Virus record (IMG/VR): IMGVR_UViG_3300045988_143923
Source of the DNA: a virus
Length of the DNA: 64,000 bases
Strand: one strand, 5' to 3'
Shown here in pieces: positions 26,518 through 35,846 of this stretch. How positions within the stretch are numbered: position 1 is the stretch's first letter; the number at the start of each line of letters is the position of its first letter. The notes below the pieces were generated by a model. That model saw nothing but the letters and a program-made list of their open reading frames with translations. It had not been told where the DNA came from and did not search any database. The position numbers were made by a program, and so were the translations under genes.

Positions 26518-26793
26518 ATGAAAATCGAAACCTTTCTGGACAGCTATGGTGTCCGCAATATGTGCATTGCTCATGATTACTGCACCTGTATGGACAATGA
26601 CCAGTACAGCAAAATGCTTAACTGGGTGAACGAAACCACCTTCGGAGCAAACGAAATCGAAACGCTCGCAAGATGGATTGCAAACGGCAGCGATTTCACC
26701 GACAGGGAAACCGAAGACCCTGTCGCAAGCGTAGCCTACTCTATCATGAATGAGGCTATCACATGGATTCCGATCATGAATGTTCCGAAATAA
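26518..26793 (+). CDS. hypothetical protein
   Basis: 91 aa from ATG 26518 (RBS GGAGG). Confidence 0.6.
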   Translation: MKIETFLDSYGVRNMCIAHDYCTCMDNDQYSKMLNWVNETTFGANEIETLARWIANGSDFTDRETEDPVASVAYSIMNEAITWIPIMNVPK

Positions 26794-26801
26794 ATCCATT
26801 T

Positions 26802-27049
26802 CGTCAGATCACCCGTGGATGCAAGAAAAAAAGACCGCCTGCGCAAACAGGCGGTCGCAAATCAGCGGCAGAAAATCGCAAGGATAAATCCTGCCACGGT
26901 CAGACACTGGGTTAACAGTGCCATGAAGCAAATCGTAGACTTGCTCAGACCAATCACTCCGTTTCTTTAAGTATTAGGCTTGACGATTTTTCGCAAGCCT
27001 ATGTACAAGATCATTATGTCAACGCCTTGCATCCACGGGTGATCTGACG
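26802..27049. repeat. 24-bp perfect inverted repeats bracketing a ~200-bp cassette
   Basis: CGTCAGATCACCCGTGGATGCAAG (26802-26825) and its exact reverse complement (27026-27049). Inside: hairpin GACCGCCTG-CGCAAA-CAGGCGGTC after an A7 run, and TTGACG within a GGCTTG/CAAGCC hairpin. Confidence 0.85.
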
Positions 27050-27151
27050 GAAACATTATATCATAACAAACGGAATAAATCAAATGCCCACAGCACCCGA
27101 AAAGGGTGCATTTTTTATACCCAAAATCGAAAATAAAGGAGTCTGAACCTC

Positions 27152-27358
27152 ATGAAACACTACTTTTCTACCGCAATGTTTGCGGTGCTCGCTATCATGG
27201 CAACCGTAGCAACGGTTGCAACCGGGGAAAATAATTTCCTTGGATCGATTGTGTTCGGAACGTTCGCAATCGGCGATTTCTGGAGCACCACAAAGGCACT
27301 CTGGAAGCGTTACAAAGAGGAAACAAATTACCGTGCCAAACACAGCCGCGCAGCCTGA
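27152..27358 (+). CDS. small membrane protein
   Basis: 68 aa, AAAGGAG RBS, two hydrophobic segments. Confidence 0.6.
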   Translation: MKHYFSTAMFAVLAIMATVATVATGENNFLGSIVFGTFAIGDFWSTTKALWKRYKEETNYRAKHSRAA

Positions 27359-27372
27359 AAGGAGAATACATA

Positions 27373-28209
27373 ATGAACGACACCAAACGCATCTTAGATG
27401 TTCTGGGGCACGCAATCGAGCTTGCCCGGGACGAACTTGAGAACAGCCCGCAGGAGTATGGACAGCCTGCAGCTCCACAGCGGACTGAAACCACGCTCCA
27501 ACCAGTACCCGAAACCGGGACAAAAAATAATCCGCTTCTGACGAGCAGCAAGATCGAAACATTTTACCACCCAAACTTCGGAACAATCGAAGCCACAAAG
27601 ATTGGTGGTAAGCCGTATTTCAAAGCACTTTCGATTCTCTCTGCGCTGGGTTATAAAAATCCCGCAAGCGTTGCGGAATTATGCCCATTCAAGAAAGTAA
27701 TCCGCGCTCCAAAGTCGAATGGCTCGGTTGATTCTGTGACGTATTTATCACAGTATGACGTCCATTCGCTTATAAATCGCCGCAAAATTGAGCTGCTTTT
27801 CGAGTTTGAGCGATGGATTGACGAGGAAATCGTTCCGACACTTTGCGGCAAGCCATTGCAAAAGAAAATCTATCCGCCGATGAAGCAATTCAAGCATGAC
27901 GAATACGGAACCGTTCTTGCAACTCTGGTTGATGGCGAGGTGTACTACAGAACCATCGACATTTGCAAGATTTGCGGATATAACCGCACTGCGGTTGCAA
28001 ACATATCCGACAAATATTACTTTGCAGGGCCTCGTGATATCTGCGGATCTAATTCAACTTTCATCAAAGCGGAGACAGTTTACTCGGTGTTCCGGCGTAA
28101 AAAGCTGGATAAAATTCCAGTCACAAAAAAGATGCTTGACTGGGTAATCTACGACATTTCGGAACAAATGCGTTCCGAATTCACCGACAGCGATTCCACA
28201 ATCGCATAA
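27373..28209 (+). CDS. protein with two Bro-N-like domains
   Basis: 278 aa; FGTIEATKIGGKPYFKALSILSALGY and YGTVLATLVDGEVYYRTIDICKICGY resemble the Bro-N core. Confidence 0.6.
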   Translation: MNDTKRILDVLGHAIELARDELENSPQEYGQPAAPQRTETTLQPVPETGTKNNPLLTSSKIETFYHPNFGTIEATKIGGKPYFKALSILSALGYKNPASVAELCPFKKVIRAPKSNGSVDSVTYLSQYDVHSLINRRKIELLFEFERWIDEEIVPTLCGKPLQKKIYPPMKQFKHDEYGTVLATLVDGEVYYRTIDICKICGYNRTAVANISDKYYFAGPRDICGSNSTFIKAETVYSVFRRKKLDKIPVTKKMLDWVIYDISEQMRSEFTDSDSTIA

Positions 28210-28224
28210 CTGGAAGAAATTACA

Positions 28225-28253
28225 ACGTCCCAAATCAGGGCGATTTGTATAGT
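28225..28253 (+). promoter_or_regulatory. phage promoter class (A)CGTCC-N17-TATAGT (copy E)
   Basis: ACGTCC 28225-28230, 17-nt spacer, TATAGT 28248-28253; upstream of the 28329 gene. Confidence 0.45.
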
Positions 28254-28262
28254 AATTAGTGT

Positions 28263-28295
28263 AAGGTTCTCGCGGGTTCATCCATAAAGCCCGCA
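28263..28295 (+). ncRNA. conserved hairpin motif, copy 2 (5' leader of the 28329 gene)
   Basis: AAGGTTCTCGCGGGTTCATCCATAAAGCCCGCA begins ~10 nt after the TATAGT box. Confidence 0.5.
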
Positions 28296-28328
28296 GCCAA
28301 CCTAAATAAGGCAAGGAGGCAATACATA

Positions 28329-28637
28329 ATGAAATATGAACTCACACAGGAACAGTGCCACACGTTCTCTATAAGCGCACTGTTTGACCATTTTGCGGAG
28401 GCAATGGGATACAAGAACGTATCCGCACTCCGCTACGACTGTACCCGCATTCTGGTATCGACCGCAATCCAGAATGAATTCTTTGCGGCTTACAAAGAAA
28501 ACGGTACTCCGGAGGCCGCAGCCAGAATGATATGGTGTTTGGCAGGCCCCAAATCAACCATCGACGATGAGCGGTTCCTTTTCGAACCGCAAGAAGGATT
28601 CATTATCGAAAACGAAAAGGAGGAAGAATCACTATGA
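28329..28637 (+). CDS. hypothetical protein
   Basis: 102 aa, AAGGAGG RBS. Confidence 0.65.
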   Translation: MKYELTQEQCHTFSISALFDHFAEAMGYKNVSALRYDCTRILVSTAIQNEFFAAYKENGTPEAAARMIWCLAGPKSTIDDERFLFEPQEGFIIENEKEEESL

Positions 28638-28894
28638 CGATGACAACTATTCTGCGGTACATGAACCGAAATGACCCGAACGGTGAATATGATGATGCAA
28701 TCGCAATCGCCGAGGGCACCGACACCGCAAAGCAGGCAGAAATCGCAAGAGAAGTAATGACGATTCTCGACCGTTGGATGGATGATATTGGCGATGACCC
28801 GCTGTTGTGCAGTCAGCTAATTGACATGTTCGCGTTCTGCAATCGGTACGCAACCGAGCGCGAACGCAAGAATTCGGTTCTCCTGCTGAGATAA
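28634..28894 (+). CDS. hypothetical protein
   Basis: 86 aa, AGGAGGAA RBS, 4-nt overlap with the upstream gene. Confidence 0.65.
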   Translation: MTMTTILRYMNRNDPNGEYDDAIAIAEGTDTAKQAEIAREVMTILDRWMDDIGDDPLLCSQLIDMFAFCNRYATERERKNSVLLLR

Positions 28895-28922
28895 AACCGT
28901 CATTTAACAAGGGGAAAAGTCC

Positions 28923-28951
28923 TTGTTATTGTACCTTGACAATGTTATAAT
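28923..28951 (+). promoter_or_regulatory. sigma70-type promoter with extended -10
   Basis: TTGTTA, 17-nt spacer, TGT-TATAAT. Confidence 0.6.
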
Positions 28952-28976
28952 GGCAAGCAAAGAGAGGTGATAAGCG

Positions 28977-29453
28977 TTGTCAATGGCAAAAGCACAATGT
29001 CACTGTGCGGTCTGTGGGAATGATTTTGAGATAAAAGTCAAGCGCCGCAACAGGGAAGAAGCCACCAGCTTTGAAGAATGGGCAGCGAAAAATATCACAG
29101 TCTGCCGTGGTTGTGAGCAGAAGATTCGGAAACAAGAAAACCATAAACGTGCATTAGAAAACTCCGATGGCCTTCCTGCTCTGGAAGGAACCGAGAAACA
29201 AATTGCATGGGCTTTCGACATCCGCGGCAAGTTTACTGATTTCTCTTTTCTGGATGATCGCTCATGGGGTTTCTTCATCGAACATTATCTACAAGGCAAG
29301 ACTTCGGCGAAGTGGTGGATTGACCATCGAGAGCCATCCAATGCTCGAGACATGTTCTGTAATCTCATGGCAGGAACGTGGGGCGATGAAGAGCGCGACG
29401 AAATGATGAAGGCTGCAGCCGCTTACGATAGATTGAAAGGTGAGAACAAATGA
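28977..29453 (+). CDS. zinc-ribbon protein (hypothetical)
   Basis: 158 aa (TTG 28977 or ATG 28983); CHCAVCG...CRGC. Confidence 0.6.
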   Translation: MSMAKAQCHCAVCGNDFEIKVKRRNREEATSFEEWAAKNITVCRGCEQKIRKQENHKRALENSDGLPALEGTEKQIAWAFDIRGKFTDFSFLDDRSWGFFIEHYLQGKTSAKWWIDHREPSNARDMFCNLMAGTWGDEERDEMMKAAAAYDRLKGENK

Positions 29454-29626
29454 AAACGACCAAGTTCTATGATCCTGAAACCGAGAAGATAATTGACTAT
29501 CCTATTACGGATGAAGCCTACGAATACTACAAAGAAAATATCGGAGACCCTTCCGAGATGGGATTTTGGGCAGGGTTATTTGGAAACCTAACAGATTTCT
29601 CCGATTTTCCGCACAAAGACAAGTAA
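29450..29626 (+). CDS. 58-aa hypothetical protein
   Basis: ATGA overlap with the upstream stop; below the ORF-track cutoff; followed by a terminator. Confidence 0.45.
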   Translation: MKTTKFYDPETEKIIDYPITDEAYEYYKENIGDPSEMGFWAGLFGNLTDFSDFPHKDK

Positions 29627-29641
29627 ATATCGAATATATGT

Positions 29642-29676
29642 AAGAGCTTGCAATAACCTGCAAGCTCTTCTTTTTT
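29642..29676 (+). terminator. rho-independent terminator
   Basis: AAGAGCTTGCA-ATAACC-TGCAAGCTCTT followed by CTTTTTT. Confidence 0.8.
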
Positions 29677-29730
29677 GCACAAATTGCCGGACAAAATGTT
29701 CGGACGGACGCTTAAAAGGAGCGAATACCT

Positions 29731-30237
29731 ATGGAAAAGAAAGTAATCTGGAGCAATTACAATCTCGATTATGAAGATTGGAAGGATTTCTTCGATGATG
29801 AGTATCCCGATCTGGATGAAGATAAGCGCATCGACCTGATGTACGAATTGAATAACGTATATCTGGACGATGAGCGCATGAACCTTGACATTCCTGTTTC
29901 CGAGGAAATCATCGTGCTCGGTGACCTTGGTCTCTGGGACGGTCGTAAGTCCGGTTACAAAGAAATCCACGGACATTCGATTAAAGATTGCCTGTATACA
30001 GATACCGACTACGCAACGTGGTATCTCGATGGCCGCGGTGATTTGTGCTGCGAAGCCATTCATCATGACGGAACCAACCATTACCTATATCGAGTATTCA
30101 AGCCGGACGTAAGCGACATTCGAAAGGAAAACTTTCTGGAAAAGGTTCTTCGCGGAACCGTGACCAGAGCAGATATCACTCGTACCACTCAGCGTCTCGG
30201 TGATAAAATCGCCGATGTGTATGGCTGGAAGATTTGA
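29731..30237 (+). CDS. hypothetical acidic protein
   Basis: 168 aa, AAAGGAG RBS. Confidence 0.65.
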   Translation: MEKKVIWSNYNLDYEDWKDFFDDEYPDLDEDKRIDLMYELNNVYLDDERMNLDIPVSEEIIVLGDLGLWDGRKSGYKEIHGHSIKDCLYTDTDYATWYLDGRGDLCCEAIHHDGTNHYLYRVFKPDVSDIRKENFLEKVLRGTVTRADITRTTQRLGDKIADVYGWKI

Positions 30238-30251
30238 AAGGAGAATTAACC

Positions 30252-30680
30252 ATGGCAAATTACAATTGTGCAATCAGAACGAATTATTTCCGTGTTAAGG
30301 ATGCTGACAAGTTCAAAGCATTCATGTCCGATGTATATGGCTCCGAGGACGAAATCGAAGTATTCGAGGAAACCGATAAGGACGGTGTAACTCGTTATGG
30401 TTTCGGTTGTTACGGAGGCATCAGCGGCGTTTGTTCGATGGACGAAGATTGTGAAGATTCCTCATATGATCTGTTCATCGAGGGCTTGCAGCAGTGCGTT
30501 GCAGACGATGATGCAATCATCCTTCTTGAATCCGGAAACGAAAAGCTCCGTTATCTGGTAGGTTCCGCGGAAGTTATTACCTCCAAAGAACACAGGTATA
30601 TGCGGATTGAAGATTTTGCTATCTCCGAAGCCGCAAAGATGCTCAATAACCCGAAATTTACCACCGAAGTTGCTTATTAA
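30252..30680 (+). CDS. hypothetical acidic protein
   Basis: 142 aa from ATG 30252 (RBS AAAGGAGAA). Confidence 0.65.
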   Translation: MANYNCAIRTNYFRVKDADKFKAFMSDVYGSEDEIEVFEETDKDGVTRYGFGCYGGISGVCSMDEDCEDSSYDLFIEGLQQCVADDDAIILLESGNEKLRYLVGSAEVITSKEHRYMRIEDFAISEAAKMLNNPKFTTEVAY

Positions 30681-30693
30681 GGAGGCGTGAATT

Positions 30694-31020
30694 ATGACAG
30701 ACAAGCAGCGCAAAATCTGCGAAGACCTCGGCTGGAAAGTTTATGAAGACGGGGATGATATCGAACTCGAAAAATATTCTTCATTAGGTGAAGATGTTTG
30801 TTTTAGTGTAAGTGCAAACAAATTTCTTAAAGATTTATGTGATTACTACGAGGATTTCGATCCAGAAGAGCACGCAGCAATGTGGTACAATGCGCGACAT
30901 TCCATGGTAGGAGTTCCACAGAGCCTTCGTGCTCTTTTGGATGATGCGATTGAAATCGACGGAATGCTCGAAGATTTGTGCATTGAGTTATCCAGACCAG
31001 AAGAGCGAGGAGGAGAGTGA
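30694..31020 (+). CDS. hypothetical protein
   Basis: 108 aa, AAGGAGG RBS. Confidence 0.65.
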   Translation: MTDKQRKICEDLGWKVYEDGDDIELEKYSSLGEDVCFSVSANKFLKDLCDYYEDFDPEEHAAMWYNARHSMVGVPQSLRALLDDAIEIDGMLEDLCIELSRPEERGGE

Positions 31021-31023
31021 ATC

Positions 31024-31695
31024 ATGAAAACAGAATTTGACGTAAGTTTCGAGAAAAACGGAGTTTGTCAAGCAAGAATTGTTGTTGCCAAGAATAAGGA
31101 TTTCGCCGAGCGGTGGTTCCGTATGATCGAACCAGAGGCGGTCGTACTCGGAATTAGTGAGAACTATGAGTACAAACCCGGGAAGCCGGTTGAAGAGGTC
31201 CCCTACGAGTGGAACGGCATCGTGTTCGATGATGTTTTCGATGATAAATACAGCAGCGAACGAATCCTGTACTTCGATGTTCCGTTGGAATACCTTGGTG
31301 AGGATTACTTCGATGAAAAAGACCGAGCCAAAGCAGTTGGTGCAACCATCAGTATCTCGTTCAATCCAGAATATCCGAATTGGATTGAATCTCGATTTGA
31401 AATTTCTCCAACCGACGCAGACGGCAGTGACTTCGATTGGCTGCAGTACGACATGGATCGCGACCAGTATGAAGAACTTATGAATCTGGCAGGTGAAACA
31501 TTCGACCGTTGCATCAATGTAGGCTATTCCTATCGTGATGATGATGGGACCACCAGATACGACGAAACACAGTTCGATCTTCCGAATATAAACGGAGGAT
31601 ACGATGAGCTCGAACTTCTTAACCTCATCGTAAATTTCTTCAAGGAAAACGAGGACATCAATCTTCCCTCGGTAACCTACATTGAGGAGGCATAA
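31024..31695 (+). CDS. hypothetical acidic protein
   Basis: 223 aa, AGGAGGAG RBS. Confidence 0.65.
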   Translation: MKTEFDVSFEKNGVCQARIVVAKNKDFAERWFRMIEPEAVVLGISENYEYKPGKPVEEVPYEWNGIVFDDVFDDKYSSERILYFDVPLEYLGEDYFDEKDRAKAVGATISISFNPEYPNWIESRFEISPTDADGSDFDWLQYDMDRDQYEELMNLAGETFDRCINVGYSYRDDDGTTRYDETQFDLPNINGGYDELELLNLIVNFFKENEDINLPSVTYIEEA

Positions 31696-31698
31696 CAA

Positions 31699-32031
31699 AT
31701 GGACAACACATTAAAACTCCCTCGTTGGAACATAGAAGAGATGTGCGGCTACAAGCCGTTCACTACCTTCTGGCAGGACTTTAGCATCGCCGACAATTTT
31801 GGTATCGACGCGGTTTGTGATACATATAACCGCGCTTTTCAGGAATGGAAAACCGATTATAAGTACCTGACCGAGCTGGTCATGGTGCTCAACTGGAAGA
31901 TCTGGCAGCACTACGAACACAATGAGCCGCTCGCCAGACTGTATAACACCCTCTGGGAGCGTGCCGCTCAGTATGCACAGGAAAACCTCAAGGGTGACGA
32001 ACTGACCTATTACTTCGTCACAACAGACTAA
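31699..32031 (+). CDS. hypothetical protein
   Basis: 110 aa, GAGGAGG RBS. Confidence 0.65.
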   Translation: MDNTLKLPRWNIEEMCGYKPFTTFWQDFSIADNFGIDAVCDTYNRAFQEWKTDYKYLTELVMVLNWKIWQHYEHNEPLARLYNTLWERAAQYAQENLKGDELTYYFVTTD

Positions 32032-32071
32032 CACAAAATACGTGTTTCATGGGAAGATTGGAGAAATCGAT

Positions 32072-32275
32072 ATGAAAAAATATTATCCTATTGAGGATGC
32101 AATAAACAATGTATCAAAGAAATTTCGTTTAAATCTAAAAGACTCAAATGAGATGGATGAGAAAGAATTAGAAGAAGCTGAGATGTTGATAACGGAATAT
32201 GTCGAGTTTGTAGAACATCCTGAGTATGTTCAATTGGTTCCTAAAATGAAAAGGACAAACGAACTTATACTTTGA
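32072..32275 (+). CDS. hypothetical protein (AT-rich)
   Basis: 67 aa from ATG 32072 (RBS GGAGAA). Confidence 0.5.
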   Translation: MKKYYPIEDAINNVSKKFRLNLKDSNEMDEKELEEAEMLITEYVEFVEHPEYVQLVPKMKRTNELIL

Positions 32276-32365
32276 ATCTAAGATTTGAAAGAAAACAAGA
32301 AAAATGACGAATACACCGGTTGGTGGTATGTCCAGTTTGTGTAAAAAGAGAAGGAGATAAAACTT

Positions 32366-32590
32366 ATGCTGAAAACTGATCGTGAACCTGATCTGACCAT
32401 GACGAATGCGTGGCTTGCTCAGATGTATGATGAAGAAATCAAGGATGTCGAGGGAGACATCCTGAACATATCACTCTGGGTAATTGGAAGTGCAGATGAT
32501 TCGGAGCGCGAAATGTTCCTTCAGAACGTAGCCGACAAGCAGGCGTATCTCGAAAAGCTAAAGGAGCTCCGCGCTAAAACGAGTATTTGA
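32366..32590 (+). CDS. hypothetical protein
   Basis: 74 aa, AAGGAG RBS. Confidence 0.6.
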   Translation: MLKTDREPDLTMTNAWLAQMYDEEIKDVEGDILNISLWVIGSADDSEREMFLQNVADKQAYLEKLKELRAKTSI

Positions 32591-32601
32591 GGTGAAGATA
32601 C

Positions 32602-32973
32602 ATGACGTTAGATGAATATTTTGAAAAGCACTACGGAGATTTTGAATGCGAGTGTGAGTGGTATGTAGACCCAACTCCAAAATCGTGGAAATTCTATGTC
32701 CCGAGCCTCCACGTTGACATTGTATTATCTGAAAACGATGGAGAAGTAACCGAATTGAAAGTTTCTAAGCTCCCCAGTGACAGAGCTTTTAGGGATGTAG
32801 TTGTAGAAGAACTCTGGGACAATCTAACTGATGTCCCCTTTGACCCCGAAACGGAAGAGCTCGACGAGCCTTATTACATCTGGCCCAAAGGAACCGACAA
32901 GGAAGATATCTGGCATTGGTTCGACGAGCATCACAGCAAAGGCGTCGCATATCTTCTGGGGTTTGCAGACTAA
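32602..32973 (+). CDS. hypothetical protein
   Basis: 123 aa, GAGGTGA RBS. Confidence 0.6.
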   Translation: MTLDEYFEKHYGDFECECEWYVDPTPKSWKFYVPSLHVDIVLSENDGEVTELKVSKLPSDRAFRDVVVEELWDNLTDVPFDPETEELDEPYYIWPKGTDKEDIWHWFDEHHSKGVAYLLGFAD

Positions 32974-32994
32974 ATAGTTGAGAGGTGAAATATT

Positions 32995-33237
32995 ATGACC
33001 CTGATGGAAAAGCTCGAAGCCGCAGGCTATCCGCGAGAGGAAATGTACCATCATGAATCTGATCTCTATGTGTTCATCACTCCGCTGACCAAGCGAGTAA
33101 TTGACGAATGGCTCCAAGAAGAGGGCCTTACGCGAAACCTGTTCGTAAGCACATTCAGAGATCAGATTACTGGCAAGCCGATGTATGACGTCGCTTTTCA
33201 GTACACGCCAGCATTTGACCGAAGCATTTGGCCTTAA
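32995..33237 (+). CDS. hypothetical protein
   Basis: 80 aa, AGAGGTGA RBS. Confidence 0.6.
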   Translation: MTLMEKLEAAGYPREEMYHHESDLYVFITPLTKRVIDEWLQEEGLTRNLFVSTFRDQITGKPMYDVAFQYTPAFDRSIWP

Positions 33238-33252
33238 GGAGGGTACATAGTA

Positions 33253-33414
33253 ATGTATTTCAAAACAGTCTGGGGATTCAGCGGAACTGATGAGCAGAAG
33301 GAGTTGCAAAAGAAGCAGCTCCGCGACGTGCTGACGAGGTTAGGCGCTGATGTAAAGATGGACGATGTTGATCTCGACGGCGAAAAGGCGTTCGCAATCA
33401 CTATTGAAACGTAA
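33253..33414 (+). CDS. 53-aa hypothetical protein
   Basis: AAGGAGGG RBS; below the ORF-track cutoff. Confidence 0.45.
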   Translation: MYFKTVWGFSGTDEQKELQKKQLRDVLTRLGADVKMDDVDLDGEKAFAITIET

Positions 33415-33441
33415 GCAGGTATTTGAAAGGAGAAGTATTAA

Positions 33442-33639
33442 ATGCCGAAAGTAAGGTATCTTCCAGTGTCAGAAGGATGGCAGGTCAACATTGAATCATT
33501 CCCTAATTTCGATAAATCTGGGAGCATCTTGGGGATGAAAAAGAAATACTACGGCAAAGACGCTCTACTGGTTCGCTGTGGTTCTTACATTTATAACGTG
33601 TCTCTATGCCCCAATATTTACTATAAAAGAGCGTATTAA
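33442..33639 (+). CDS. hypothetical protein
   Basis: 65 aa, AAAGGAG RBS. Confidence 0.55.
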   Translation: MPKVRYLPVSEGWQVNIESFPNFDKSGSILGMKKKYYGKDALLVRCGSYIYNVSLCPNIYYKRAY

Positions 33640-33661
33640 ACAAGAGTTTGGAGGTGTTAAG

Positions 33662-34000
33662 ATGGGACGAAAAAAGAAACAGCCAGAAGAGTATCGTCTT
33701 CTGCCGGACGGTCGGATTTCGATGCGCTGCGGTGTTCCAATGCCGAGAAAATATCTCCGACCGAATCAAGAAAGGGTTGACAAGCTGGTTGCCAATATGG
33801 TTGATTATGCAATCAAATGCCAAAACGAATATGTGATAAAAGAATTATCCGACATGATTAGGGAGCCGGATTTTGATAAGGCGATGGAGCATTTTCAGAA
33901 TGTGTCTGACATGAACGCATATTTTGAAAGGCTGTTAGCTATCGTCAATCCCTCAGTGTATGAGGAAATCAGCAAAGAAAACGGCAATCCAGACCAATAA
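33662..34000 (+). CDS. hypothetical protein
   Basis: 112 aa from ATG 33662 (RBS GGAGGTG). Confidence 0.6.
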   Translation: MGRKKKQPEEYRLLPDGRISMRCGVPMPRKYLRPNQERVDKLVANMVDYAIKCQNEYVIKELSDMIREPDFDKAMEHFQNVSDMNAYFERLLAIVNPSVYEEISKENGNPDQ

Positions 34001-34027
34001 AACGATGAACAGAGAGGAGAAAACACC

Positions 34028-34237
34028 ATGGATGGAGCTTTTCAGAATAAATGCTTTGGCCTACCCGATGATTTTGATTGTGATAGCTGTCATTACAACG
34101 TTGGTTTTCAAACCGGCTGGGGCGGTGTTGTAGGTCCTTGCGGACAGCAGAATTGCTGGTACTCCTGCACAGCTTGTATGTATAACAACGGCGGTGAATG
34201 CTATGCAGAAGATATAGTTGAAGACGGCGATGAATAA
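34028..34237 (+). CDS. small Cys-rich protein
   Basis: 69 aa, 10 Cys, AGAGGAG RBS. Confidence 0.55.
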   Translation: MDGAFQNKCFGLPDDFDCDSCHYNVGFQTGWGGVVGPCGQQNCWYSCTACMYNNGGECYAEDIVEDGDE

Positions 34238-34260
34238 ATACGATTGGGAGGTGACTCCAC

Positions 34261-34434
34261 ATGATCAAAAACAGATACTGCAAGCGATGCGGCCATAAAG
34301 TCAAGCGAGAAACCACGAAGGGATTACGGAAAGAATATCCGTATTATTGCCCTTATTGCGACGAGAACATGTACAGGTTTGAGACTGTGAAACATCGTTC
34401 TGAGAAGACGAATGGAGTGGAAATCAGAGTTTAA
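34261..34434 (+). CDS. 57-aa zinc-ribbon protein
   Basis: GGGAGGTGA RBS; CKRCG...CPYC. Confidence 0.5.
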   Translation: MIKNRYCKRCGHKVKRETTKGLRKEYPYYCPYCDENMYRFETVKHRSEKTNGVEIRV

Positions 34435-34523
34435 GATTTTCACAACAGCATAAAGCGAATGTTTGGATAAAATTCGTTTCCGGAATATATATAGAAAGAA
34501 ACAAATAAAGGAGAAAAAAAGAT

Positions 34524-34721
34524 ATGAAGGATGAGCTTTGGCAGTATATTTTGGATAATTTTACAATTGATAATGATGGAAGAAAGATAATCTGCAATAT
34601 CCTTGACTGGATTTGGCTTCAGTCGATTGATAAAGAAGATACAGTTAATACATTACTGATCCTTTTAGATGGAATTGGTATCGAAAAGGAAGAGATTGAG
34701 AAATTTGTTAACTGGGATTAA
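34524..34721 (+). CDS. hypothetical protein (AT-rich)
   Basis: 65 aa, AAGGAG RBS. Confidence 0.55.
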   Translation: MKDELWQYILDNFTIDNDGRKIICNILDWIWLQSIDKEDTVNTLLILLDGIGIEKEEIEKFVNWD

Positions 34722-34768
34722 GCAATAAAGTGCGTATTGGGCATGAAAACGATGTTTAGGAGGTAATT

Positions 34769-35059
34769 ATGAATTACATTGCATTACAAAAAGCTCAGGA
34801 AGAGCTCAATCTCACGCCAGCAGAAAAGGAACGCTACGACACTCTGACTGCAATGCACCATCTCGTAATGTGCATGAACGATGAAACTGCATACATGACG
34901 TGGATTTGGTCAGTTCCAGATGAAGCAAGCGCATATGACCTTGCCGATATTGCTAAGGAAAAGGACGAGTTTGACGGTGTCGTAAGACTTTTCAAAAAGC
35001 TCTGGAAGAAATACGCCGCAAGCGATTCCGGTTTATGCATCGGAAGAACAACCTATTAA
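34769..35059 (+). CDS. hypothetical protein
   Basis: 96 aa, AGGAGG RBS. Confidence 0.6.
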   Translation: MNYIALQKAQEELNLTPAEKERYDTLTAMHHLVMCMNDETAYMTWIWSVPDEASAYDLADIAKEKDEFDGVVRLFKKLWKKYAASDSGLCIGRTTY

Positions 35060-35138
35060 AATTGAATCCGTATAAAATAATGACACAAGCAGGAGCCAAC
35101 AGCTCCTGCTTTTTATATCCAAATAGGAGGTATACATC

Positions 35139-35834
35139 ATGAATAATAACATCAAGGAAAAAATCGCAAAGCTCCTCGCACTGGCAGAGTCCCCGAATGA
35201 AAACGAAGCGAAAGCCGCTCTGCTCAAGGCTCGCGCCCTCATGGTACAGCACAAGCTCCGTCCAGAAGAGTGCACCGGCAAAAAAGAAAAGGTCGTGACC
35301 AAGGTTCTTGCCGATATCAAGTGCACGACCATGACCGACTTCTGGATTTACAAGCTGAGCGACGTGATTGCCAAGCATTATTGCTGCAAGAATTACTGCC
35401 GCAAGCCGCCGCGCAGCAAGGCACTCACGATTATTTTGATGGGCCTTGAAAGCGATATTGAAATCGCCGAGCGCATCCTCCGCTACGCAATCGACTGCGT
35501 CAAGAGGGAACAGCGCACCATTCATCACACGAGAAAGTGGCAGGGTTACAGCGCAACCGATATCCGCCTTGCCTGCAACGCTTACGGCGACGGTTTCGTT
35601 GCCGGTCTGGATCAGGAATACCAGAAACAGGACGCCGAGCATCAGGAATGGGGACTGGTCATGATGACACCGAAGGACGTGCAGGATGCCTACGGTAACC
35701 TCAGCATGAAAACGAGCACGTCTCTTGCAAGAACCGCCGGTGCCTGGGCAAATAAATACCGCGATCAGGGTGTAGAGCACGGACGTTCTTTCAAACCTGA
35801 CCAGCGCCTGCACAACACCGCAATCGCAAGATAA
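35139..35834 (+). CDS. DUF2786-like protein
   Basis: 231 aa; N-terminal KIAKLLALAESPNENEAKAALLKARALM is the DUF2786 signature as I recall it. Confidence 0.55.
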   Translation: MNNNIKEKIAKLLALAESPNENEAKAALLKARALMVQHKLRPEECTGKKEKVVTKVLADIKCTTMTDFWIYKLSDVIAKHYCCKNYCRKPPRSKALTIILMGLESDIEIAERILRYAIDCVKREQRTIHHTRKWQGYSATDIRLACNAYGDGFVAGLDQEYQKQDAEHQEWGLVMMTPKDVQDAYGNLSMKTSTSLARTAGAWANKYRDQGVEHGRSFKPDQRLHNTAIAR

Positions 35835-35846
35835 GGAGGAATTGTT

